Origin: Massalongia carnosa
Taxonomy: Eukaryota
NCBI GenBank assembly: GCA_965645245.1
Contig: OZ287087.1
Location: forward strand, 434,001-498,000
Reading direction: 5' to 3'
DNA length: 64,000 bases
Shown: one piece after another, positions 24,603 to 37,514 of the stretch
Layout of the letters: the number at the start of each line of letters is the position of its first letter
How positions within the stretch are numbered: position 1 is the stretch's first letter
Notes under the pieces: generated by a model
Database searches by the model: none
Told to the model about the DNA's origin: nothing
What the model saw: the letters and a program-made list of their open reading frames with translations, nothing else
Made by a program: the position numbers and the translations under genes

Positions 24603-25632
24603 TCCTTTCAGTTTATTCTGTCTCTTCTTTAGCTTTGAAAGACTTGAAATCATAGCTAAAAACACCAATATTAAAGCGAAAAAGAAGTATGTCCTAAACG
24701 ACATCAAGAGACGTCAATGGCATGACACCTCTTCTTCTGAAGTAGGAGCTTTTCTGGAAATTCTGTTATATATGGGGTATACACTGATGCCACGTCTTAC
24801 TGACTATTGGAACACGTCTCCTAAATTTGCCATACATGACATGGTGATTCAAGCCATGAGTCTTCGAAGATGGGAGCAACTCAAGCGAGTTTTGAAGATA
24901 TCCAACTCCGACGAAAATGAGATCATTGATACTCGAGGCCCTGATTGGTGGAAAAAGCTGGAACCATTGGCCACAGACTTTCGAAAAGCATCAAAGAAAT
25001 ACTGGATTCCTGGAAGTCATGTATCAGTTGACGAGCAATTGATTTTATTCAGGGGTAGGAGCTGCCATACTATGCAAATAGCCACCAAGGCGGCTGGTGT
25101 AGGCTTCAAAATCTATAGTTTATGTCAGGAAAATTATCTTTTTGACTTCTTATTTACCTCCAAGGTGAGTAGAAAAGGCCTCAATTTGCATCGTACTAAT
25201 TGCAAGACAGGTGTCCAAAATTAGTGAGTTAAAAACGCCAGGACAATTGAAATTTCCGTCAACCAAATGGGATTTGTCTCCTTTCTCCCTAGTCGTCATT
25301 CAACTGGCTCGAAGTTTACCGTCTGATGAAGGCTTGAAATACGTCATCTTTCTGGACAACTTCTTCACAAATACGAAGCTATTCAAAGCTCTGAAAACCA
25401 TTGGAATTGGTGCCTGTGGGACGGCTAAATCTGGATGCGGTTTTCCTGTTGATCTTCTACGTCTGAGGGTTGCAGTCACCAAGAATAAGGACTGGGGAAA
25501 GAAGGCATTGATGACGGTACCTGCAAATAAAAGTAAAAAATCAAACATTGATGACGGGGACATTCTGTGTATGGCATGGGTGGATTTAAACACCGTGCAA
25601 TTCATGACCACGGTTCATACAATTGATGATTT

Positions 25633-26055
25633 TGTCACGGAATCGCTTCGCACCCTCCCGCTTGTCCTGATCGGGTTTGTATTTAACAGGGCCCATTGCT
25701 GTCATCCATCGTGCTCAGGCGTTCTTCTGCCGCCCTCAGCGGACTATCAATCTCCTACAATCCGCATCCAATCTCAACGTCTCCACTATCCAGGCTTATG
25801 ACTGAGAGTGCTTCAGCACAGATAAAGGCGGGATAGGTCAAAGCAATCATGTTAGGAAATTAGTACAGGAACAGAGACGGGGCAAGTCGAGAATAGGAGA
25901 GTTGAAAGCCATGGGTATAAAGTCTATGTGGTTTCCCAGGTGTTTAGAGCTCTTCATCCGACGTCTTGTGTATTATTCTCTACTTCTAGTTTTAGCATAT
26001 CTAGATATCCGTTCTGCAAGATAGAGTCTTGTATCTCTCCAGCCCTCCCCTGACA
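25633..26055. repeat. Solo LTR
   Basis: TGTCA...TGACA ends; 5-bp TSD GATTT; interrupts the piggyBac transposase frame. Confidence 0.85.
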
Positions 26056-29000
26056 GATTTGAAGACTTCTTTCTACAAGAATTCCCGTCGACGTCGTGGA
26101 ATTCCTGCAAATTCCAGAGTCATCGTTGATGATGAAGAAGAAAAGCTTCCATTTCCCATGCCCATCGTGGTATATAACCAGCACATGGACGGGTCAGATG
26201 GGAATGCTCAGCAAAGAGCATATTATTCACCTCAAAGATCTGATCGTCGCTACTGGTGGTCAATTTTCATCTTTCTTCTGGATGCAGCCGTTCTAAATGC
26301 CTTCAAATTGTGGAGAATTCTGTATCCGAATTCAACACTCAGCTATTTGGACTTTCAAAAAGAAATAGTAAATGCCCTACTATCCAATCAAGCCGGTGCC
26401 CTACGGAAACGTCCGACAGATGTCATAGTTACTACTAATCAAGACGTTAATAAAGACGTCGAGTCAACTTGCAAATGGGAGCATTTGAATAAGAAGGACT
26501 ATTGTTTGGCCTGCAAAAGGCAAGTGCCAAGACTCAAACGACGCCGACCACTAGCGGAAATTGATGAAAATTGCACCAAAAGACGACGTGCAAGTCAGAC
26601 CAGATGGCAATGTAAGAGCTGTAGACCATGTTGCAAAAAGGAGGCATGTTGGGAAATTTTACATAGATCATGAGGGGTGATTGAGGTGTTGTACCCATTA
26701 TCGTTGAAAAGGGAAAATCTGATTGGCCAGATTAAACTTATTAGTCATTACCCGGAGAAGGCGCGTGTAAAATTGAATATTACCGAAATGGCTGCCAAAT
26801 TGCCAGACGAAGGGATACCTCAGACGTTTTCTATTTTTCATACCACGTAGCTCCCGCAGCACCATTAGTCAGCCCCATTTGCTTACTTACATCACCTGGC
26901 TTATATTCAATGAACTTGTCTTATGTTCAATGAACATACACTATTCAATCCCACATAAGTATAGTAAATTTCTCGCTGCTTAGATGAGAAAACCTCCCCC
27001 CCCGGTGCCAGCATATAAAATTTCCTCCGGCGCCAACATAAAAAAATTACCCCCGGTGCCAACATAGAAAATTCCCCCCGGCGCAACTTAGAAAACCCCC
27101 CCCTTAGTCATCATTTTCATCTCGTCGCCGCTTCCAAAACCCCCCCGTCGCCGCCTCATCTTTCAGCTCTTGCAAGGCCTCCTCCACCCCCTGTCTTCTG
27201 ATTGGGCCAGTCAATTTCTCCAGCCAGCCAAGCCATCTCTCTATTTGAGGATTTCTTTCCTCAGCTGTCCAATCAGCGGTATGCTCCATAACTTCGTAGA
27301 ATTTCTCTTTTATAGTGTCTAAAATCTCCCTCATCTGCAGCATATGACGATCAGGTTCCTCGATATCTTCGTGACGTTCAATATTCAGTCTAGCCGACGT
27401 TTCATACACTTCGAAGCCGCTATCTTCAAACATCTCGGCCCTAGCAAACCAATCCGACTCCTGAAACGTCCCGAAGACGATATGATATTGCCATAGATGC
27501 CTGCACGGAAGTTGATATTGTCGATAAAATCAACAATGTACAGGACATGTCAGCTCATCTGGCATTTCACCTGCCGGTGCTTCACCGTCTGCTAGGCTTT
27601 TAGCAGCTAGCTTCCATTGATCAACTATAAGCTTTTGCACTGGAAAGGGAAATTTTCGTAGATGAGGGCATTCCTGGCATTCGGCCGTGCTAGTAGTACG
27701 AAAGCTAGCTTTTTCAGCGCGAGCTCTATTTTCCCATTGATCCCCTACGCGAATCACATGATTTGCAGCCCCCGTCAACGATAAAGTCATGAAATCCGCT
27801 TTACCTATTATACTAATTAATGTGGCGAATAAAGCTTTAAAAATATGAAGATCTTACCATCTGCATGCTTTTTAATTGGTGCATGCCAAGATTCAACCGG
27901 ATTAGTGGTCATACATTGCATCAATAAGCATGAATGCTGACGGGTATAATTAGCCCATTGAGACTTAGTCAAAATCCATTCTCGTTCTATATATTGACGT
28001 TTTTCTTCAGGGGCTGCTTTTAAACCTTTTTTGATACTGTCATCGCATCCGAGCTCGGTTTTCATGAAATATAGAGCATCATATAGATGCTTTCTGGCAT
28101 TATGACATCTGGCACCACTAAGTTTTCGATTCAACGTACGCTCTGAATGGGTGCGACAAAGAAAATGTGAAACCTCTATCTCCCCTGCTATCAGGCCTTG
28201 AAAGGCAAGGCTGCAGAATCATCAGTGAGGATGTAACGAAGTCTCTATGCCCTAGACCATTGTTTGATTTGACGAAGAAATTCTCCTATGATATCACCGT
28301 CTTCGTTGCTAGCTAGCATATGAGCTCCAGGAATCCAGCTTCCATATTCGTCGCGAATCATCTGGGTAAATAATTTCCATTTCAGATGATTAGTATTATG
28401 AGTGCTATCCATCAAAGTCAAATGACCACGTTTCATCAAAATTTTCAATCTAGACCTTTTTGCAAATGCTATAGCGTTATGATTTTTCTCTATCAACTGC
28501 ACGACTTATTTCAAGCTTTGCAGCTAAAACGTCTTCGCCCAATACTTGCAAAGCATCAAAACAATCCTTCAATTGATTAACCCAGGCCTCTTTAGCCCCC
28601 AATACTCGTGCATCAGGATGCGCTCTTTTGAAATCAATGCTAGCATTTTGAACGGCCTTGAGGTTAAAATGCGAGCCCCCTGCGTCTTTCAAGGTTTCAG
28701 AATTTCCCAGCCATTTGATGCCTTGCATATTTCGATTGACGACGGCCGGGGTGTATCCTTTTGCCACCTCTTTGCCTGCGGTGAGTTTTATTGCGGAGTT
28801 GATTTTGATACCATCTAAATATTCCAAAGTATGATTGTGCTCCTGCTGATCAAGCTTTTTTACTGCGTATGCATATAACCTCACCGTTAGCAGATTATCT
28901 GCATCATCAAATGATTTCAACAAAGCTAATTTTTTGCTGCAGGAAGAAGTTATTCTTAGACGTTTAGCTCGAATTCCATGTCCCTCGGATTTTTTTTCGA

Positions 29001-29887
29001 CGTCATTTTTCCATAGCCTACAGTACCAATAAGATTTTTGAATCTGTTTCTTCGTCATCGCCCCTGTATGACTATGCACCCAGATGTTGTCCACAAACGG
29101 CCAGAATTGTGCATATTCATCCACCGTCCAAATCAACTCTACATGCAGCTGAAATGCTTGCTGACGAATCAATAACTGATTGGGTGGAAGAGACAACAAG
29201 GTGGAAAGCGGAAGCGGAGCGGAGGAAGCTGGTCCTCGGGCGACAGTCAGTTGACTGTTGACATCTTGATTGACGGCGTCTTGACTATCAAGGTCGCTTT
29301 CGGGTTTGGTGGCATCGAAATATGAAGACATGTTGAATAACTTCAAAGTTGGAGACAGCGAGGTATGATTATTGAAGACGGTGAGATAGGGGAGACGCGT
29401 CCCATGTTTACATCAATATTTAGTTTTAGCCCTAACGAGGTTAGGGGGCTGACTAATTATGCAGCGGGAGCTATGTGGTATGAAATTTAAAAAAAAAACG
29501 TCTGAGGTTTAGAAGTCCCCTAGATGGCGGGGCTGAATCCTAAGGTAGGCTAGATTTCGATGAGAAAGAGCTTATACCTACCTATATCATAAAGGGGCAC
29601 GCTCTGCCATTCAGAATAACCGGACCCTGTCATCTCCGTTGAATCCGGCGCCTCTGACGACGACCCCGTCGCTGATGCGGAGCAGTGCTCAGGCTCCGGG
29701 ATGTAGGTCAGACATAGTTCACATACTACGCTATGGTATCTTGAATGACCGACCATCTTTTGCGGTTTGTGATTGTAAGCTGTGATCGGTGACTGCCGGT
29801 ATTTTACGATTTGCGCGTGAGTTCGAGCTGATGATCTACAGACCAAGCGCCTCCTGTCCGCACAAGAGCAGATGTCAGATCGCTACC

Positions 29888-32157
29888 ATGCCACCTATTT
29901 CAGACCTTGTGCAGCTTTCAAAGCTCGAGACTCAATTCCACTCTGATCCGGAATATACGCAACACGTCCAGTACGTTTCTGGAAGTACGGCAAGACAAAG
30001 AAAAGTTTGCATGGAGGAAAAATGGATGAGAGAAAGGATGCTAGGAAGTGGCAGTTTCGGAATCGTCTGGTTAGAGCGGTGTATTCAAGGGAACAGTGAA
30101 GGGAAAGTACGAGCTGTAAAGAAGGTCCGAAAACTTGAGTCAAGCGATTATTACAGAGAATTGGAAGCTATTGCTCTGTTTTCTCACAGCAATGTAAGTC
30201 TACTGCTGTGATTTTTTCACAATACACGTTTTCACACTTTAAGCTAACGTCAAACTAGTACGAACGATGCTTTGTCAAGTCCTTCGGCTGATATGATGAT
30301 AGCGACAGCATATTCATTACTATGGAGTACCTTTCATATGGTGATTTGCACAAGTACCTCGGTTCACCGCTACCAGAGAAGGAAGGACAGCATATCGTTT
30401 TTCAGATTCTTGAAGGCTTACAATTCATGCATGATAAAGGGTTCGCTCACAGAGATTTAAAGCCAGCTGTAAGCCTAGCTACATGCATAAATAAATCAAA
30501 AACATTACCTAATACTCCAAGTAATACAGAACATACTAGTTGTGTGCAAAGGCCCAGATTGGTGGGTCAAGATCGCAGACTTTGGAGTCAGCAAGCGGGC
30601 AACAGAGGGAATTACAGCATTGAGAACCCAAAGAGGCACACCTGCTTTTACGGCACCAGAAGTACTCGGCTTGATTCAATCGAACGACGAATCAAATGAT
30701 TCGTATACAAAAGCTGTCGATATCTGGTCTCTAAGTGTTATCACATTCTTCATACTCACCGGCGAGATTCTTTTCAAAGACCCGCGCCGTCTAGGTCAGT
30801 ATGTTGCGGGCAACTTTAAATTTCCTTTGGATGTCTTGCTTGTAAACAAAGTAAGCGGACAGGGATGCGACTTCTTAAAAAGCTCAATGGCGTCAAAGTC
30901 TGAGGATCGTCCAAGGGCTAATGAATGTTTACAACATTCGTGGTTGGATTTTCTTATAGAAGAGGCGGCTCCCGACACTCCAAGGTATTACTTCTTATAG
31001 ATGGAGACAGAAAATTATTATAATATCTTATAATAATAATATTGTAGTGTTGCTGATATCTTTGCAGAAAAATCAATGTTACAAAGCCAATGTCAACACC
31101 GCTGGACTGTTCAGATCCTGAGCCCTCTGCTAATTGGAGCATTCAAGACTCAATCTCGGCCTACGAGACGTATTGCTCTACGGGCGTGCTTACTAAAAAG
31201 ACTTTATCTACTTCTAAGGAAGCAGTAGCATCTTCAAAATCAGAACCAGCGACTCAAATCTATTGGCATATGGCAAGCATCCTCAAGGGTCATTCGGATT
31301 CTGTTCAGGCGGTGGCATTCTCGCCAGACGGGAAGCAGATCGCGTCTGCATCGTGGGACACGACGATTAGGCTCTGGGACTCGGCCACGGGGGCTTCGCG
31401 CAACATCCTCAAGGGTCATTCGGGTGGGATTCGTGCGGTGGCATTCTCGCCAGACGGGAAGCAGATCGCGTCTGCATCGAGCGACACGACGATCAGGCTC
31501 TGGGACTCGGCCACGGGGGCTTCGCGCAACATCCTCAAGGGTCATTCGGGTGGGATTTGGGCGGTGGCATTCTCGCCAGACGGGAAGCAGATCGCGTCTG
31601 CATCGTGGGACACGACGATCAGGCTCTTGAACTCGGCCACGGGGGCTTCGCGCAACATCCTCAAGGGTCATTCGGGTGGGATTCGGGCGGTGGCATTCTC
31701 GCCAGACGGGAAGCAGATCGCGTCTGCATCGTGGGACACAACGATCAGGCTCTGGGACTCGGCCACGGGGGCTTCGCGCAACATCCTCAAGGGTCATTCG
31801 GGTGGGATTCGTGCGGTGGCATTCTCGCCAGACGGGAAGCAGATCGCGTCTGCATCGATGGACACGACGATCAGGCTCTGGGACTCGGCCACGGGGGCTT
31901 CGCGCAACATCCTCAAGGGTCATTCGGATTCTGTTCAGGCGGTGGAATTCTCGCCAGACGGGAAGCAGAGCGCGTCCGCATCGTGGGACACGACGATCAG
32001 GCTCTGGGACTCGGCCGCGAGGGCTTCGCGCAACATCCTCAAGGGTCATTCGGATTCTGTTCAGGCGGTGGCATTCTCGCCAGACGGGAAGCAGATCGCG
32101 TCCGCATCGTGGGACATGACGATCAGGCTCTGGGACTCGGCCACCTGGGCGGCGTAA
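29888..32157 (+). pseudogene. Kinase-WD40 copy 2 (7 repeats), nonsense mutation in exon 2
   Basis: Same exon structure (29888-30193, 30259-30468, 30530-30984, 31068-32157). TGG to TGA at 30289-30291 in frame. WD repeats also carry changes at otherwise invariant positions (LLNS, VEFS, KQSA). Confidence 0.88.
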
Positions 32158-32186
32158 TATGGTTTTCCAGTACCTAGAAAAGTTTT

Positions 32187-32430
32187 TGTCAAATGTCAGC
32201 TATACTGGCATTAACCAACATTGGTCAACGGGCCCGTCACATGCCCGTCACATGACATTGCCACCGCGGCAAAGGTAAAAATTCTTCATCCCCCACATTC
32301 TTTCTTCCTTCGGAGAAATCTCTTGATCTATCCCCTGGCGGCATACCTAGCTAGAAAATCATCTATAGATCACCTCATCTGGTCAAGACGTAAATCATCT
32401 CAACTGATCATTAGGGCAAAAAGCCTCAGA
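32187..32430. repeat. Solo LTR-like insertion just downstream of kinase-WD40 copy 2
   Basis: Absent from copy 1 (empty site near 11312); TSD GTTTT; starts TGTCA. Confidence 0.7.
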
Positions 32431-33585
32431 GTTTTTCACATAGAAATTATTACAACCTCCTTCCACACCTACCTCCATCGCCCTTTACGTCCTTCTATGC
32501 CATTTTAATCATTGGATTATTAATTCCTGCTTCAAAGAATGTCGCTCTGCTTTGATTTCTAAGCTACTTCGAAACTCTTGTCCTGGAATGTACTTTGCTT
32601 TGAAATACAATTTGCTTTGAAATCTTAAGTCACGGCGTATAACGACCTCGCGGTTAAATAAGCTTTACCAGTAAGTTAATATAAGAGGGACAGTAGACAC
32701 TAGTCCTTATGGGTTATAATGCTCAGTGTGACTGCTAATAGATTGGTAGGTGCTAAAGCTAAAAGCTGATTCCCTGAAGATGGGAATCGAGCTTTCTATA
32801 TACCCCTTGGGGTCCTATTTACTAACTACTTGTCTGGTTACCTGTCTGCCTTGTTGCCTTCAGCTGAGGTCTAGTAGATAGCCTTGCTGCCTTCAGCTGA
32901 GGTCTAGCAGATAACCTTGTTGCCTTCAGCTGAGGTCTAGCAGATAGCCTTGTTGCCTTCAGCTGAGGTCTAGCAGATAGCCTTGTTGCCTTCAGCTGAG
33001 GTCTCCTAGGCGTCCCAGGCCTCCCATGAGATCGAGGCTTATCTGAATAGCTTCAGTTGCTGCCTAATAAACTGGTAAGGCTGATTGCTGATGGCTTAGT
33101 ATTGCTATCCGCCTTATCATGACTAAGCATCCGGATTATCAGTCACCCGGTCTTCTTGGGTGAGTCATCTCAGGAGCTAGCGCAGTCCTGTATTGCCGCG
33201 CTATTACAATTACCTCCCTTCTAGTAATGAGCTCCTGCGAAATTCATCCCAGGTAGTTCGTGCGTTCAGCCCATCATCGCGTGGTAATTGCAAGCGGTTA
33301 ATCGTGCCGATGGCTTTAACGTCGATGGCCGCTTGAATGCAGGCTAGCAAGAGTTGGGATTTGTAAGAGCTTGGAAGATATTAGGATAACATAACTTGAT
33401 GCTCTGGCTCAGCCTCATTAAAAACCTCCCACCTCCCTTCTAGGGAAGGTGCTAGGAAAAGAGCTACTGGCCTGGATGGAATCGAGCATGACGTTACTGC
33501 AACACATTGCTGAGCTCCTAGCGCAGCCTCATTAAAAACCTCCAACCTTTTTTCGTGGGCAGGTGGTAGGAAAAGAGTGCTGGCC

Positions 33586-36500
33586 TTATTTAGTCCTCTT
33601 TGTGCGTCGTCCTGTTTCTTTCGCTAATGAGGGAGTCCTAGTGGCCTGAGGGGTGGACTTTGCTGTTGGCTTGGTAGGATTTTTCTCATGAAATTCCCTC
33701 AATAGCTTTCGTAGATGTTTGACGCCGGCGACGGGCTCCCATGTGTCTTCCGCGTCGGGATAACCTTTCCAATGCACTAGATAATATAATCCAGCCGGTC
33801 GTCCGTCTTCTGCTTCTTTTGCATAGACTGCACTATCTCGTATGCACTCTACTTCATACTCTTGCATGTCATCGTCTTCGAATTCAAGCTGTTCAGCCAT
33901 TTGTTCGTCTACTACCTCCCTTCTAGTGGTGTCTCTTTCCAGTAGAGACACATGAAAGACTGGGTGTATTTTCCAACTTTCGGAAGTTCTAGCTCGTAAG
34001 CTTGAGTGCCTACAGGCCTCAACACCTTAAAGGGACCCAAGAACTTATGCTCAAGCTTCTTGTTCCTTTTCGTCTTAATATGTTTGCTGTTTAGCCAAAC
34101 CATATCATCGGGAGCGTAGCAACGTTCTTTCACCGTTCTATTGTGATATTTGGCTTGATTGTCTTGGGCTAATTGCAGGTTATTTTTCAACTCTGCTAAC
34201 AAATCGCGTAGATTTTTAGCCTGTTCCTCAGCTGTCTTCGACTTCGATCGAGGGTCTTGGTTATCTTCATAACTCATCCTTGGGTGGTAGCCTATATTAG
34301 CCTCGAACGGGGTGAGCTTGGTGCTTGAATGACGGGTGTTATTGTATGCAAATTCAGCGGTAGGGAGCCATTGCACCCAGTCATCTTGTTCGAAACGGCA
34401 GTAAGACCTAAGGTAAGCTTCCATGGTACTATTTTGACGTTCTGTCTGACCGTCTGTTTGTGGATGGAAGGCTGTGCTTAGCCTACGCTTTATCTTCATG
34501 TAATAGCATAGGGATGACCAGAAGTTTGATGTAAATAGCGAGCCCCGATCGGTGACTATGGAGTCAGGTAGGCCGTGATACTTGAACACGCAGTGCCTTA
34601 GCACTTCAGCTAACTGTTCAGCAGTCAGCGTTTTCTTCACTGCCTCATAGTGCACCATCTTGGTGAGCCTATCAACGACGACTAGGATGGAGTCATAATC
34701 AACTCCCCTCCAGTCCTTACTCTTAGGTAAGCCAGTGACGAAGTCCATCGTAATGTCCTTCCACTTATGAGTTGGTATAGGCAACGACTGCAAGTTTCCA
34801 TAAGGCTTATGCCTCGTAGCTTTGCTACTCATGCAGACGTCGCAACCCTCTACATAGCGTGCTATGTCTGACTTCATCGATGGCCAGTAGTACTTTCTAC
34901 TCACTAGCTCAATCGTCTTGTCTTTCCCGAAGTGCCCTGCCAGCGGATCATCATGATTTAACTCAAGAATTTCTCCTCGTAAGGAGGCTGGGATGTAGGC
35001 CTTTCCTTCATGGAATAGACAGTGGTCCGAGTCCGACCATGGCTCGCTGGAGGGCGCCACCTCCTGTGTCCCCGACACGTCACTGTCTTTCAAGGTAGCT
35101 AACCTTTTCCGAACAGTGATAGCGACCTCGTCAACCTGTTGCAACTCAGGAAGACGCTCTAATACTCCCCTAGAAGCGGGTTGAGTATAAGGTGACTCGC
35201 GCTGTGCGAGAGAGTTTCGCAATGAACTCCAGTATGCCTTCACCTTCGGAACAACCAATGTTCCGCATGTTATGATCTTCCATATTTCACCGTGGTGAGA
35301 CCCCGTCGGGCCAGAAGCATCATCTAACGACTCCCCTGACATTGCCCTCATTAGACAAACGCGTGCGTTCTTATCTGCTAGGGATGTCTGCAAAAGGTGG
35401 AGCGTTTTGCGGTTTTCAACCAGCACTTCGCCATCATCATCGCCAGCGGTAGGAGGTCTTGACAGCCCATCGGCTGGGTTCCTCTTACCCTGACGATAAT
35501 CGATGCGGAAATTATACCTGGAAAGCTCTTGAGCCCACCTTACTTGCCTGCCGCTTAGGCGCTTGGTATCCATAAACCTCGTAAGGTTATTGTGATCAGT
35601 CAACACGAGAATTTCGTGAGACGACCCCTCAAGGTAATGTCTCCAAATTTTGAAGGCCTCGACTATCGCTAATAGTTCAGCATCATGGGTCTCGTAATTA
35701 CGCTCAGCCGGTAGCATCTTGCGTGAGTAATAGGCAACAGGGTGCCATTGTCCCTCGTCATCTTGCTGAGCCAATATGCCGCCAATAGCATAACCTGACG
35801 CATCGGTTTCCACGCGTACTGGTTTACTAGCATCGTAATGCCTTAGTACCGGGGCCTCTATGAACGACTTTTTCAGCTTCTCAAAAGCCTCTAGAGCTTC
35901 CTCCGTAAGGAACTCGCTTTCGACACCCTTAGGTGCTTTCTGTCTATGATTAGCGGGCTTTGTTTTCAGCATAGCGGTAAGTGGCCCTGCTATTTTACTG
36001 AACCCACGAATGAATCGTCTATAGAAATTCGCGAAGCCTATGAACACCTGTACATCGCGTACGCATGTGGGCCGTGGCCAATTTTGCACTGCTTGGATGC
36101 GATCTTTTCGCATATAAACACCCTTAGGATTGATGACATAGCCTAGGAATTCGACTTCGTCGGTGCTGAATCGGCATTTTTGTAAGTTACAAAATAAGCC
36201 ATGCTTGCGGAGTTGTTCTAACACCCATCGCACAGCATCTTCATGGGCCTTACCCTTCTGTTCGGTATAGATCAGTATATCATCCAAATAAACGATGCAG
36301 AAGACATCCAGTTTTAGTGCCAACGCTTTATTAATATAAGCTTGGAAGGAGGCGGGAGCATTGGATAATCCGAACGGCATGACGCAGTATTCGAAATGGC
36401 CATATCGGGTGCGAAAGGCTGTCTTCCATTCGTCGCCTTTCTTAATTCTGATGCGATTATAGGCTGCAGTCAAATCCAATTGGGTGTATTGTTTGGCCCG

Positions 36501-37514
36501 TCCTAGTCGATCTAAAGACTCGCCTACTAATGGTAGCGGGTAGCGATTTTTAACTGTCAAATTGTTCAGACCCCTATAATCCACGCAGAGCCTCAGGGTA
36601 CCATTTGCCTTAGGCACGAAGAGAATAGGAGCTCCAGCTGGTGAGGTGGATGGCCGGATAAATCCATTAGCCAGGTGAGCATCGAGGTAGGCTCTTAGCA
36701 CTGCAAGCTCTGTTTCTGATAGGCTATAGATAGGTCCATATGGAGGCTGCTTTCCATCCACGAGGTCGATCGCATGATCATGGGGCCCGTGCTCTGGTAG
36801 CTCGGCTGCACTATCTTCAGAAAAGACATCTGCGAAATCCTTATAAGCCTCAGGGACCTTGATTTCTTGTACCTTCACTGAGGCTATTCTAGCTCGACGG
36901 CTCGAATGGATGTTATCTACACCTAGCGCCTTAGCATGGACCACGTAGGTCAGTGTATCTTCTGATAACGCCTCTTCTATGAAGACTTCTGGCTCTATAA
37001 GCTCTATCTGATGAGTAGTCATCATGGCCGATTGAACGCTTAGTTCTCGCCAATTCAGGGTCCTTGCTGACCAATCAATATCGGGATTGGCTAGCTGCAG
37101 GAATGGCATGCCCAACACGATATTATGAGGTATATCTGCTATTAGGAATGTTTCCTCAAAGAAACGTTGCAGACCTAATTGATCAGTTACCCCGAACACC
37201 AACAGACCCATGCCATGTGTCATGACTTGCTGGTGATTAATAGCTTCCAAACTGACGCTGGAGTGTAACACTGTCAGAGCGCATATATTTGCGTAAGCTC
37301 TAGAAATAAGGTTAACTTCACTTCCGCTGTCAATTAGTGCTTTTGCTGTTTCTTTAGCGTGTGTTATTTCGTACTCTATGCAGGGTGCGACTTCCAATGT
37401 CTTAGGACTTGCCGATGCCTCTTTGATAGTAGTCGCCGGTAGGGAGGCAGCAGCGGCGACTATGCTTTTTTTGGATGGGGACAGTCTTTTACCCAATGTT
37501 CGAGGGATCCACAA
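33586..37514 (-). CDS. pol: Ty3/gypsy Pol (protease, RT, RNase H, integrase, chromodomain); one frameshift near 33980
   Basis: Motifs LIDSGS, VYLDDILI, TDASGYAIG, ITMDFVTGLP, TDRGS, GQTERQN and GPF; chromodomain YLVHWKGYPDAEDTWEP lies in the adjacent frame (33586-33951). Confidence 0.93.

Larger units (their letters stand above)
23867..26815 (+). mobile_element. piggyBac-like transposon interrupted by two solo LTRs
   Basis: 27-bp TIR TCCCTTCGTCTGGCAATTTGGCAGCCA; transposase motifs VSVDEQLILFRGR, FLDNFFT, YNQHMDGSD, LDAAVLNAF and a Cys-rich C-terminus (24026-26673). Confidence 0.88.
23857..29520 (-). mobile_element. Mutator-like (MULE) transposon, degenerate, with a piggyBac-like element inserted in its left TIR
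   Basis: 9-bp TSD TAGATGGCG at 23848-23856 and 29521-29529; imperfect TIRs (CCTCAGACGTTTT...CATACCACGTAGCTCCCGC); transposase fragments 29346-27104 with LMDSTHNTN, TTNPVESWH and a SWIM-like Cys/His motif. Confidence 0.88.

Noticed and set aside
26990..27102. Four to five C-rich repeats of about 27 bp
   Set aside because: Subterminal repeats inside the MULE; no independent function supported.
32848..33003. Five 33-bp repeats with a palindromic core (TCAGCTGA)
   Set aside because: Spacer-less tandem repeat internal to the Ty3 LTR, duplicated in the other LTR.
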